Positions 36,158 through 48,024 of a stretch of 64,000 nucleotides of DNA are shown one piece after another. Numbering within the stretch: position 1 is the first letter of the stretch; each line of letters begins with the position of its first letter. This DNA comes from Eledone cirrhosa (Eukaryota): positions 255,192,001 to 255,256,000 of the forward strand of contig OZ024740.1 of assembly GCA_964016885.1 (NCBI GenBank). Reading direction: 5' to 3'. The notes beneath the pieces are model-generated. The model had not been told where the DNA came from and did no database searches. It worked only from the letters and a program-made list of their open reading frames with translations. Position numbers and translations under genes: made by a program.

Positions 36158-39070
36158 TTGGTGCTGTGAAATAGCGATATATATATGAATGTATATATAG
36201 TGTATTTTGCAATACACTGTATACTTAATTAAATGTATTTTGAAGACCTTACGCTATTGTTTTAAAGTAGTGACTAAGTCACTTACTTCTATTTTCAGCA
36301 AACAAGGGGAGATAAGCTGACAGGGCTCTGTTTCGTACTGTTGGTACTTATCAAAGCCTAGCACTCCTCCTGCCTGCTGAAAATTATGAATGTTGGATTC
36401 TTATAGAATTCCAGTAATAATCAGGAACTGATTATATAGAGCGGTTGCCAGTCCAGCAAAAATTGAAAATTAGAATTATGGATAGTTTTAGTTTCACTCA
36501 ACAAGAGGTTTACGTAGATGGCGAGTTTATGATTTCACTTGTATTCCTATGTAAGTTTTTCTTGGGGCAATAAAATTGAAAAAGTGAAGAATAACATGGT
36601 CAACAGTACAAAAAAGGGATTTATTTACAGTCTGACAATTGTTTCACTGATTAAGTTGTCTAAAAATTGCTGAACACTAGAAGCAGTGCCATACAATTTT
36701 AAATACGTTGTTAGTTTAACCAGATCATCAGAGATAACAATCCGGTAAATTTACAAATTCAAATTACAGCAACATTAATAATATTAATAATAAAGATAGA
36801 GAGAGAAAAAAAGAAAGAACGAAAAAGAAAAAGAAAAAGAAAAAGAAAAAGAAAAAGAAAAAGAAAAAGAAAAAGAAAAAAGAGAAAGGAAAACAGAGAA
36901 AGAAACATAGAGAAAAAATAGACATAGAGAAAGGAGGAGAGAAAGAGAAGAGAAAAGAATAAAGGAGAAATAAAGGTAGAGAAAAAGAAATATAGAGGGA
37001 AAATAATGATATCAACAATAAATGAATAAATTTTAATATATGAATAAATGTAAATAAATAAATAAACAAGTTACATCGAGGATGATACAAAATAATACAA
37101 AATATGAAAATAAATAAATAAAAATGTGCGAAGAAATTTAAACATATTAAGATTATTGAGAGTGGTTAAAATATAGAGAGATACGAAGGTATAAACATGA
37201 TAATGTTAAATATATTTATGTGTGTATTGGTTATTTTAATAAATTAATTATATAATTAATTAATTATTTGATTAATTAGTTGTAAGTTATATTAGAAGTG
37301 AAAATGATATGATAAGATAAAATAAGATAAAATGCAAGAAATGAAATAAATTTAGGGAGAGAAATATAAAAATAGAAAGTGAAAGAGAGAGAGATATAAA
37401 ATATAAATATAGAATATAAAAGGTTATGATGTTGGTTCATTGACAGATGATGACAATTATAATAATAATGATGATAATAGATCTAAGTGGTACAATTTGA
37501 GTTATGGAATAAATGGGATGAATTAAGTTGGTCTAAAGTTCTCAAATTTGGTCGCCGTTTTATGCCTACAGAAAATAGTTCGTTCAATTTTGCTGTTAAG
37601 TAGCATTTTGTTGTAATTTAAAATTTGGAAAAGCTCCATATTACAAAGACCACAGTGGGACATGCCAATTCTATAGGCTATTGCTGTTGATAGCTTCGTC
37701 CAGCTGATTTTATATTCCATGTTTACATCTCTGAGTTGCCAGATTTTATTGGCGAGTGTTGTTGTATTTATCAGCTTCCTGTTATTCATAGAGTGTCTAT
37801 GCACATACCGCCTTTTCTTAAACTCCCTAGCTGTGGAACCTATGTAGTGCCATGCTAAGCTGCCTGAATTTATAGTACATAGGTACACTATATTTGACTC
37901 CAGGCATCTATTTTGTAATGGGCATTTGTCAGGTAGATGACAGTTACATTTAGATGCCTTCCTATGTGCCCGTTCTTCGATATGGTTTTGCAAGTTGTTA
38001 TGTACGGGCTGAGAATTGGGTTTGTTGATGTATTGTGGTGATGTGTTCTGACGTGTGTTTGGTTGTGATGATGTTATGTGCTTGTGTTTTGTATTTGGTG
38101 TTATGGTACTTATTTGCGGGCTACTTGTATTATAAATTCTTTTATAGTTAATTTTATGTATGTGCGATTCTATGTTGTTGGCAGTGGAGTATGATAGTTT
38201 GATAGTTTGATAGTTTTTCTATTAAAGATTTTATGATATTTATGAATTATAGGGAAGTGTTTGTCAACTAATTTGAAGAAAGTGTAAGGTAGTTTTGTTT
38301 TTATAGAGGAGTTAAATACTGGATTGAACCATAAGTACTTTCTATCTCCGCATCTTCTATAGTTACTTATAGTTACTTATATCTTCTATAGTTACTTATA
38401 GGTCTTTATATTAATATTCTGTTCAATTAATTCTCGTGATTGTTGCTAATTTCTATGTTTAGTCCTAGATTTGTTGCTTCTACAGGTGTGGATAGTGTTA
38501 TTTCTATTAAGTGTGTTGTTATTTTTTGTATCTGGTATGTATTTGAGTCTCTCTTTATGGCCTGCCTTAAGTAAAGCTATGTTGTAGTAGTTAGCGTGTT
38601 CGTTAAAAATCTCTAGATTAAAAGATAGGCGTGAGATTCTAAGGGATATACTATGTGCTATGGAGTTAATTATGGATCGAGGGTGATTAGAGTTATAATT
38701 AATGTAAGCTAGATTTTCATTATTTTTATATAGTCCAGTTGTTTAGGTTAAGCGACACATCTAAGAAGTTAGCTTTTTTAGAGTTGAGTTCAAAGGTGTT
38801 GTTAAGCCCTAATTTATTAAAGAATTTTCTAATCTTTTTCCGTAATCTTTCTAAGTTTTGATTATTTAGGTTTTTAGCTAAAAGTAGTGTGTCGTCTCTA
38901 TAAATTCCTTGTGTAAGATATGTGGTATATATATTCCGACAATGTCCGTAACTTGGGCTGAATCATTTGATCCCATAGTTATATCGAAGTTATTTTGTCT
39001 ACTTTTTAGATTGTTAGACTGTAAATAAATCCATTTTTGTACTATTGACCATGTTATTGTTCACTTTTCC
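36152..39070 (-). mobile_element. 5'-truncated Penelope-like element (Naiad-like): RT remnant, GIY-YIG, long AT-rich 3' UTR with HHR
   Basis: ORF 37523..37993: CNC-X4-CPL-X3-C, IVY...HYIGST, CGLC, CRH. Degenerate RT at about 38560-39060. Flanked by (TA)n. Confidence 0.8.
36313..36360 (-). ncRNA. Type I hammerhead ribozyme, U3:A8 core variant
   Basis: Minus strand reads UAGGCU-UUGAUAA-GUAC-caaca-GUAC-GAAA-CAG-agcc-CUG-UC^-AGCUUA. Stems I, II and III all pair. A distal stem-I extension pairs 36292-36300 with 36375-36383. Confidence 0.75.
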
Positions 39071-39114
<44 letters not shown>

Positions 39115-39126
39115 GGTAGATTTATC

Positions 39127-39189
<63 letters not shown>

Positions 39190-41150
39190 CTTCAAAATAA
39201 TAATAAATATAGACATTCATGTGATCAAATATATTTTATTATACATATTTCAGAGGTACTGAGCTATTTCATCAGTACGTCCTCATCAGATAAAATAAAT
39301 TGATGTCTGACATACCTCAACTGTGCTGATGGTTCAATTCCAGTCTTGGCAGTGATTATTTATGACAAAACTCAATATTTATATACCATAAATTGTAACA
39401 TGACAAACTACATATAATAGAGAGGGTACCTAGGAGGAAGTGTATAAAAATATAATAATAAATATAATAAGTATATATAAAGGCAAGTAAAAAATATAAA
39501 CATATAACTACATAACTGTTAAAAATTTAAAAAATTAAATATGTAAACCTCCATATTATAGAAGGAGCAAATGAGGGAGCGAGAGAGCTAAATAGAGGAG
39601 AGAAAGAAAGGGTAGAGAGATGATACTAAAAACAAAGAAAGGGAGTTATGTATGGTAAAATAACTCCCTTTTATGGTAAAATATAATTACATAAGGAGAA
39701 GGAGAATAAAGGTATATGATGCGTGACCGTTCTTTTTCCAAATATTAAGTTAGGTAGAATAATTAAATAACTTGAAATTTTTAGTCTATATTATTTGAAA
39801 GAAAATATATTATATTATATCAAAATTACAACAAATATATGGTGAAAAAGATAATTCAATTTAAGATAATTCCAAGGGTAATCATGCATATAATTAAATT
39901 ATTAAATATACTCAATAATTTAGTTAGAAAGATCGAAATTAAAAATTAAAAATGTTATTAACTAACCATAGTGCTTATAAATGTAGTAAATATAATATTA
40001 TTAAACCGGATTTATTAAAATATTAGCATTTGTATAGTTCTTTTGTAAACTATAAGATTTAAATCGATATTTGTCAATTATATATAATAATTATTAGTTA
40101 TAATTACACTTAAGAGTGTTATAATTTTGATTTAACTAGATTTTACTGTATTCAAGTTACGTACAGATTATTAATCAATTTAGATAAAACGAAACTTTTA
40201 TACGATAAATGTAAACAATATCTTCGTACGACGTATTTAAATATTCAAAGTAATTAAACGGTTTACGAGTCTGAAGATATTACAGATATCAAATTTATAA
40301 GATACATGATTTAAAAAATACTAAATCAAAACTACGGATATTTAAACAATCTAGAGATTAACATACTCATTAAAAGAGTAGGTAAACAATTTCTATGGTT
40401 AGGTAGAAACCTTATATCCAATATTAAATAATAAAAGCATTACAAGAATTATTAATCAGAGTCAATATATTTTCTCACTCAGAATTATTAATAAAAGTTA
40501 AAATCATTTCTCACTTAGTTTTTTCCTAATGTTATATGATGCTTGAAATGTAGATGTGGATTTGTGCAGGCAGTTTGAGAATAATTCACTTTTTTTGTTA
40601 ATTAAATTACCATAATTAGCAATTATTAATAGAGTCTCGGTATTACAATGATTGCAGTTAGGAAAGAAAGAGGAATTTTGGTAAACTAGACAGTTGCGAA
40701 GTTTAGACCAAAATATTGAGTATTTTAAGTTTTTCTCTTTTTAAGACCATATTAGTTGTGATAAAGAAGTAGAAAATTTCTTATCCGGATTAGAAAAAGA
40801 ATGTTCATGATTGGAAAATCTCAGTTTAAAGCTCAATGAATTTGCACCTATGTAGTTGTAGGTAATATTATTATTTGCTTTAACAGTACATTTATATACT
40901 AAGTTCTTATCAAGGCAGTTATTTTGCAAAGGGCAATCAGATCTATTTCTACAGTTCGATTTTCTGTTATTTCTATAATCTAAACTGTTCGCATTATCCT
41001 TGCTAATAGTTGTAGGTGTTCTACTGTAAGTGCTTAAATTAATGTTATTGTTATTCTCTGTATCAATATTATTGTTAATATTAATATTGTCATTATCACT
41101 AATTACCTGTTGGTTATAATTAAGAATTCTGCTATTTATTTTTGCATATA
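39190..41150 (-). mobile_element. 5'-truncated Penelope-like element (GIY-YIG plus 3' UTR/pLTR)
   Basis: ORF 40741..41157: NCRNRSDCPLQNNCL, LVY...NYIGA, FKLRFSNH; the C-terminal CxxC/CxH continues after a frameshift. Confidence 0.8.
39232..39297 (-). ncRNA. Type I hammerhead ribozyme (minimal stem III)
   Basis: UAUUUUAU-CUGAUGA-GGAcGUACUGA-loop-UCAGUACcUCU-GAAA-UAUGUA-UA^-AUAAAAUA; 8-bp stem I and a quasi-palindromic stem III. Confidence 0.7.
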
Positions 41151-41780
41151 TATACATATATTTATATAGATTATATATATATAAATATATGTATATATAT
41201 ATATATATATATATAGTCTCCCAAAGTTATTTCATCACACACCTGTGACGTCATCAGTGATACTATTATGTTTCCTCCCGTTGTATTGTAATGTTTACTT
41301 ATTCTATTTATTTATTGTTGTCTCTGTTTGCGCATGCGTTTGTGTGCGTGTTTTCCTTCGTGGTGTTGTTTTACCCAACGTCGCTTCGACGGCATTTTTC
41401 GGTTTTAACAGCTTCCTTTACGCCGAGTTTTTCCATTTTCTTACGAATTCTAATACACCAACGTTTCAAAACTCAATATTCGAGTTAATTTTGTTAATAC
41501 CTTATCATATCTATTGTAGCCTTCCATTGCAGATTGATTGCATGCTTAAGGTGAGTTGTCTTTTCTTCCCTCTTCCTCTGTTCCCCGTTCTTTCGTTCTT
41601 TCTCTCTCTTCCTTCCCTCTTACTGCTTCCTTTCTTTATTCCCTTCTCCCTTCTATAGGCTACATCCGCTTACAATGTCATTATTCTTCCTCCCTTGCGA
41701 CGACTTTGAGGTCGAGTGGACGTACTTCATTTTCTCTCTCTCTCCCACTCTCCCACTCTCTCTCTCGCCCTCTCGCCCTC

Positions 41781-41831
<51 letters not shown>

Positions 41832-42170
41832 CTCTCTCTGACCTGTCCTAACACAAACATTATACCAACGAAGATACTTATTCCTCCGTTGTTACGAGCC
41901 ACCTTCGCAGTCCTTTCAGTCAAATCGTCGAAACTGCAGATGATCTGAAAGCTGATGAGTGTATTTAAATGTTTATGATTTACTATTATGCATTCTATTT
42001 CTTCCTTCCTATCAGTTCTTCGAGCCAACTCACTCTGAGCCGCTGATTTCTTTCCTCCGAGGTAATGTGTCACCCAACGTCGTTTCGATGGCATTTTGGT
42101 GTTTTAACAATTTCCTTACGCCGAGTTGTTCCATTTTCATACGATTACACACACACACACACACGTATAT

Positions 42171-42223
<53 letters not shown>

Positions 42224-42361
42224 TAGATAGATAGATAGATATTATTTATGCAGCTCTGTACAATACTTAGAGCACTCTTCTTTCCTTTACCTTTTCTACG
42301 GTATTACTTAACACACACACACACGCACACACACACACACACACACGCACACACACACTCA

Positions 42362-42479
<118 letters not shown>

Positions 42480-42776
42480 TACACATATATATATATATTA
42501 CGTTTTGGGAGCCTCAACAATGCAGATGTGTAAATTTCCTGGTAACAAAATCAGGTGGTTATGAAAGGGAGAGGTAAGAGGAAGCGTAGAAAGAGATTCA
42601 GAGAGCGTAGAGGAACGCAAGAAAGGTGTAAAAAATAACAAATAACAAAATAGAGAGTTACCTTGGAAGCGATTTAATAGTCCCTAAATTTCGGATTTCA
42701 CATCCATCAACAGGGGGTTTCCGGGGTGAGAGAGTTGTGTCGGAGAAGGACAACACGTGGCCTTTTTTGTTTACCC

Positions 42777-42827
<51 letters not shown>

Positions 42828-43154
42828 CACAGTTCCTCTCATAGCTATAAAATCGTTCTTTCCGTCGTCACCCTCTCGAGCTTTCCAGCAATTTAGTCAA
42901 TCCATGGACAATCTAATACTTGACTGACATACAAAATCTGAAGGCCATCTAACTCCTCTACCACCCAAACACTTACTCTCCTCTAATTGCTTTCTATTCC
43001 TTACTCTTTAAACTTTCCTCTTAAAATTTTACTCTCCACTCTTAACAACAATCTATTATGTTTCTTTGTGTGCGGAGGAATGGTTGAAAATGTTTACATT
43101 TGACAATTATTTTTATTTTCAGAGCTAATGCTTTTTATTAAAAATTGCAGTAAA

Positions 43155-43355
43155 AAAAATCTTAGGTATAAAAAACCTTAGGTTTAAAAAATTCCTTAAA
43201 AAAAAACTTTGATATAAAAAACCTTAGGTTTAAAAAATTCTTTAAAAAAAATCTTAGGTATAAAAAACCTCAGGTTTAAAAAACCTTAGGTTTAAAAAAT
43301 TCCTTAAAAAAAACTTTGATATAAAAAAACCTTAGGTTTTAAAAATGTTAGGTAT
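43155..43355. repeat. Minisatellite of about 19-bp units (aaaaaaccttaggttta and variants)
   Basis: About 10 degenerate units visible. Confidence 0.75.
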
Positions 43356-43397
43356 TAAACATTTTCTGTTTACACTAAAAATTTAAACTGTGTTCTG

Positions 43398-43570
43398 GCC
43401 GAAGAGCGTCGGACACCATGCTTTGCAGCATAGTTATGGCCCTTTGCGTTCTGAGTTCAAATCCGCCGAGGTTAACTTTGCCTTTCATTCTTACGAGGTC
43501 GATAAAATAAAGTACCAGTGATGCACTGAGGTAATCGCTGGCCTTGTGCCAAAAGTAGAAACTATATTTA
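43398..43570 (+). mobile_element. SINE copy of the same family (5' degenerate)
   Basis: B-box GTTCAAATCC, conserved core, tail ggccttgtgccaaaagtagaa. Confidence 0.8.
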
Positions 43571-43881
43571 TTATTTAATTATGTCGCCAAATATATACAC
43601 GTCATACAGACGAAATTGACCTTTTTATCCATTTTCTGTAGGGCATATCATATATATTGCTGCTATAACAATATTCCGCCACACACAGAATCATACAGGT
43701 AATTATTTTCTGAATCCCAGACAATAATTACTTATGTCATCTTTTTGTGTGCACAGAAGGATAATTGAAAGTGTTTCTACAATATGTATATCTGATTCTC
43801 TCTATCTTTCATTATGTGTATCTATGTAAGCAATTGCTTACATACGTACATGTACAATATGTGCAAACTCACTGAAACACA

Positions 43882-43947
<66 letters not shown>

Positions 43948-45158
43948 CGCTTACTCTTCAAGTTCCTCTGGAAGAAAAAGGCTCCATTGGTGAGGAGATC
44001 CATCTGTTGTCAACACCCTTCTAACGGAGGGCTGGGCATGCCGTGGCTGATGATGCGCAAACACGCGCTGAGGCTACGCCATCTCCAGGTATTCCTAACC
44101 GATGAACCGGTGTGGCTGTCGTTTGTGAGACAAGCTCTTCCACAACTCGTCTCACTAACAGAGCTGCAGTCCTGGGTCAAGCGAAGACCGAAAATGGGTG
44201 CCTGGTACCACGAGTGCCTTCAGGCGCTCACAGCCCTCTACCAAGCGGAAACGGCAATCAGCAGAGATTCTATAGGGGATTAGTGGGGGATAAGTGCGAC
44301 GACGTTCTCGGGAAAACTCTAGGCATCGAGAAGGACGAACTGACCAGTCTGTTCGGGAGAACTTTCCGTCCAAGGCCTATGGATAACTGCCAGAGGTCTC
44401 TGGTCTGGCAGTGCTACCGAGGAGCTCTACCAGTTCAAGAGAAAATCTACAGGCACGGACTCCCTGGCAGAGATCCTGCCAAAAGGACCAGTCCACGATG
44501 CGAGAAGGACATCGAAACCGTTCTGCACGCAATTGTTCAGTGCCCAGGGGTGACCGACCTATGGAAATATATCGAACAGCTACTGTCACGTGTGGGACAC
44601 ATCCAGTTGTCAGCCGAGTCCATCATGAGGATCACCACGCCGCCTTCATTTAAGAATGAAGTAGAGGCGGTTTTCCTCTGTCTGGTGGCTATGGCGAAAG
44701 AGATAATATGGTGGACGAGGTTAAAAGGACTGAGGGCAAACACCTTTCTCTCCGGACAACTTATCCCTTCTTTAAGTGCCACTTCAGAAGGAAGGTGAGA
44801 GTGGAGAGAGAGGTGCTACACCCCAGTAAATTCGCTGAAAGGTGGGTGAATGTGGCGAAAATGGCCCGAGTGAATGGGCCTTCTCTGTATATAAACCTGT
44901 AGGTTGAGGAAGATACACAGAGGGAAGATGGGAACACCTACAAAACGTGTTCTTGGTGTTGAGGGTTGTTATATCCACGGGGTGTAAAACAACCCTGCAG
45001 TAACGCCCGCCCCGCAATGGGGATTTCAATTGTTATTTTATTATATATAGTTTATTGTTATTTATTAATGTTAAAGTTATATGATTTTATGTAAAACCCC
45101 CGCCGTCACGTCTTGTAATGTCCCATTTCTGTACGCCCCTGTGGCAAATAAAGACAGA
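43948..45158 (+). mobile_element. 5'-truncated Tx1-like LINE of a sister family inserted in a (TATC)n microsatellite
   Basis: ORFs 43987..44283, 44112..44798 and 44708..44902 are homologous to the Tx1 ORF2 C-terminal half at 19510-20391. (ATCT)n upstream at 43882-43947 and tatctatctatc downstream. Confidence 0.85.
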
Positions 45159-46230
45159 TATCTATCTATCGATCTAGGTAATAAAGAAAGATATCTATTA
45201 TCCTCCCTTCTTCAATCTCACTATCACCTCTCACCCACTTAATCTCTTAGTCATCTTCTAATCACTCCTCTTCCCGTCAAACTATACAACACATAACTCC
45301 CCTCAACTTCCTCCTCACACTGATGCCATTTGGTCAATTTACTCATCATGTCCACCCAACTGACCATCACTAAGAGTACATTATCTCACTTCGTTATCTT
45401 AACTTGCCAATCCAGATTGCGGGGCCACCACAGACAGCTTTGTTGACGCTCCAACAGATAACTCTTCATATTGACGTCACAACAGATAAGTACTCATAGC
45501 TTATTTGACGTCACGCCTCCACCCCTTTGCCCCACAGCTACTGTCACAGTCTCTCTCCTATACTCCTTCCTTCTATCAGTTATCTTCTCTCCGTCCCTGC
45601 ATCCCCCTCCCTCGCTCAGCCTATCCTATCACCTCTTTCTCTTACTTTTTCACAATCATTTCCATTTCAATCTTACACATTCTCTAGTCTATCTTTGTCT
45701 AAACTTTCATTTTTCTCTCTCCCTCGTTTTCTATTAATCTATTGCTGTCTCTTTATTATTCTTTCACTCTGTCACTTCTCCTTCTTCTCTCTCACCTCTC
45801 TCTCATTCTCTCTCTATCTTAGTCAAACCCTTTCCCTTATTCCATCTTTCAAACTCTCTGTCTCACATCTCTCTTTCTCTTTCTTTCCTTCCCATCTATT
45901 TCTCATATCTCTTCCTCGTTCCTGCTCTATTACACTCTCCGTCTTACACATACTTATCACTCTCTCACTCTGTCGCCACTCAATCACTTTAGCTTACCAT
46001 TCTCAGAGTGGTCAACTTCACTAGATCTGGCTGGATTTCTCCAGATCTTCCAGCTAGACTAACCACTATGATTGGCTGTAGTTAGATATACCACACACAC
46101 ACACATACAAACAAACACACATGAATATATATATGTATGTATGTAAAAGGTAAACAGAAATAACAACGCAATCGGTACAGTATATGGAAGGGATATATTA
46201 GGTTAACGCTTGGTATAGCAGGAAGAGTGT

Positions 46231-46264
46231 CTTAACGTTTCGGACGCTGGTCCTTCATCAGAAG
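46231..46264 (-). ncRNA. Minimal type I hammerhead motif
   Basis: CUU-CUGAUGA-a-GGAC-cagc-GUCC-GAAA-CG-UU^-AAG with palindromic AACGUU stem III; stem I is only 3 bp. Confidence 0.6.
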
Positions 46265-46319
46265 GTTGGAATTGGAAAAATGCCTTTAGATAAAAATAAC
46301 AGGTCCATTCATGTTGATA

Positions 46320-46354
<35 letters not shown>

Positions 46355-47095
46355 TGAGTTAGCAAAGCACTCGACAAGGTAGGTCCTTGGAGTAATAACA
46401 TACGTTTAAATAGCTTGACAAATTGAACATTGTGGTAGGCAAAATCTAACACACAATTCCAAAGTAACGAAAGAACAGGTTGAGAAAAATACACCGGGAC
46501 AAATCAAACGTTATACGTTTAAAGTGTTTCTATGAATCCGAAATCAAATATCAGACTTACGTAACTGGCAAGCTCGTGGTATTCATGATCGAACAGAGGA
46601 TTCAGTTCATCAACAGGTTTTCGTTCTACCAAAGAACGGGGCGAGATGCTAAATGTTGCCGCTAGCAGCAGCGAATCGCAAATTTAGTTGCCACGTGTTA
46701 TTTCCAGCAAGGGAAATAACCCCCGGTTTTTGGCGGGTCATTCAAAATGTTAGACAAAGGAAATATTATAATTTCTGCTAACTTTCAGAATAAGCTCTCG
46801 ACCAGATGTTATTAAACAAACACAAATAATTAACCAATCAACAGAATTGTCTAATTAAATTAATTAGTTAATTATTAAATCTAGGAGAAAATAATATAAT
46901 TGGATGCTTAGTAAAATCGAATCCTTGGCGGTGTGCAAGCAAATTCAACCTACTATATGAATGAGTATATATATATATATATATATGATCAAACTTAAAT
47001 CAAGGATGTCATGTCTGAGAAACATGCACCTGTAGAATAAGTTCCAAGATTCTAAGGGATAAATCCGAGCATTTATTAACATTAAATTAAAAATA

Positions 47096-47243
<148 letters not shown>

Positions 47244-47261
47244 CACACATCTGAAAGTATA

Positions 47262-47655
47262 TACTTTCGTTTCATTTGTTCCATTTATCGTTTTCGGTGC
47301 GCCCGGCCGACTAACTCACTCGATATGCAAATTAGGCTGCTCAGCCGTTAATATGCATAAGGAAAGTATATACTTTCAGACGTTCAATCATCTGGCAGGA
47401 AGGTATACGATGCTGACGATAACTAATAAGCTTGAAACTAGTACATCGTTCCTTTGTCAGTGTTGAACAAAAGGGCAACGATGCTTGCTAAACATTGTAC
47501 GGCTTAATTCGGGATGTTTGTTTACAAACACACCGAGCATTATAATAAATGTTCGGTAAACCCATACGTACATATATATATGTGTGCATGTATGTATATA
47601 TATATATACATACTACTGTACGTCTGTATACATATATGTATGTACGTATACTTAC
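47262..47655 (+). mobile_element. About 390-bp non-coding HHR-bearing repeat (family B), copy 1
   Basis: Reverse-complement match to 63392-63790; contains ATGCAAAT at 47325 and an HHR at 47407-47449. Confidence 0.75.
47407..47449 (+). ncRNA. Minimal type I hammerhead ribozyme
   Basis: ACGAUG-CUGACGA-uaacuaauaagcuu-GAAA-CUAG-UA^-CAUCGU; 6-bp stem I and palindromic ACUAGU stem III. Stem II pairs better in the 63.6-kb copy. Confidence 0.7.
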
Positions 47656-47870
47656 TTATATATATATATATATATATAATAAAAACACCAAACAATTACA
47701 GGGGATAATTTGTAAAGAGTATAAACACACATAGTTACGTAGTAACATATCAAAAATTAACGAGAACCTCGAATATATATATATATATATATAGCGAAGG
47801 AAAAGTGGTAAGGAACCAGGTGGACCATAACGCACCAAAGTACTCAATACTTAGGGTAGTAGAGTGGGTA

Positions 47871-47971
47871 ATAGGAGTAAGTAAGACCCCGACGGCTGAG
47901 CTCAAGCCGTTTCGACGGCTAATTCTGTACGTCGAAACGGCTTGAGCTCAGCCGTCGGGGTCTTACTTACT

Positions 47972-47976
<5 letters not shown>
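47871..47976. repeat. Perfect 47-bp inverted repeat (12-nt spacer) made of the 3' half of a hammerhead
   Basis: Arms 47871-47917 and 47930-47976; each arm contains GAAA-CGGCU-ugagcuc-AGCCG-UC. A related single copy lies at 56306-56350. Confidence 0.85.

Positions 47977-48016
<40 letters not shown>

Positions 48017-48024
<8 letters not shown>

Noticed and set aside
42665-42722. Hammerhead-like motif on the minus strand (CUGUUGA-u-GGAU...AUCC-GAAA-UUUAG...UUAAA-UC)
   Set aside because: A6 is mutated and stem I is disrupted; probably a dead relic, so not called as a ribozyme.
43155-43355. TTAGG-containing repeats as telomeric sequence
   Set aside because: TTAGG is embedded in a roughly 19-bp A-rich minisatellite unit and is not tandem telomeric repeat.
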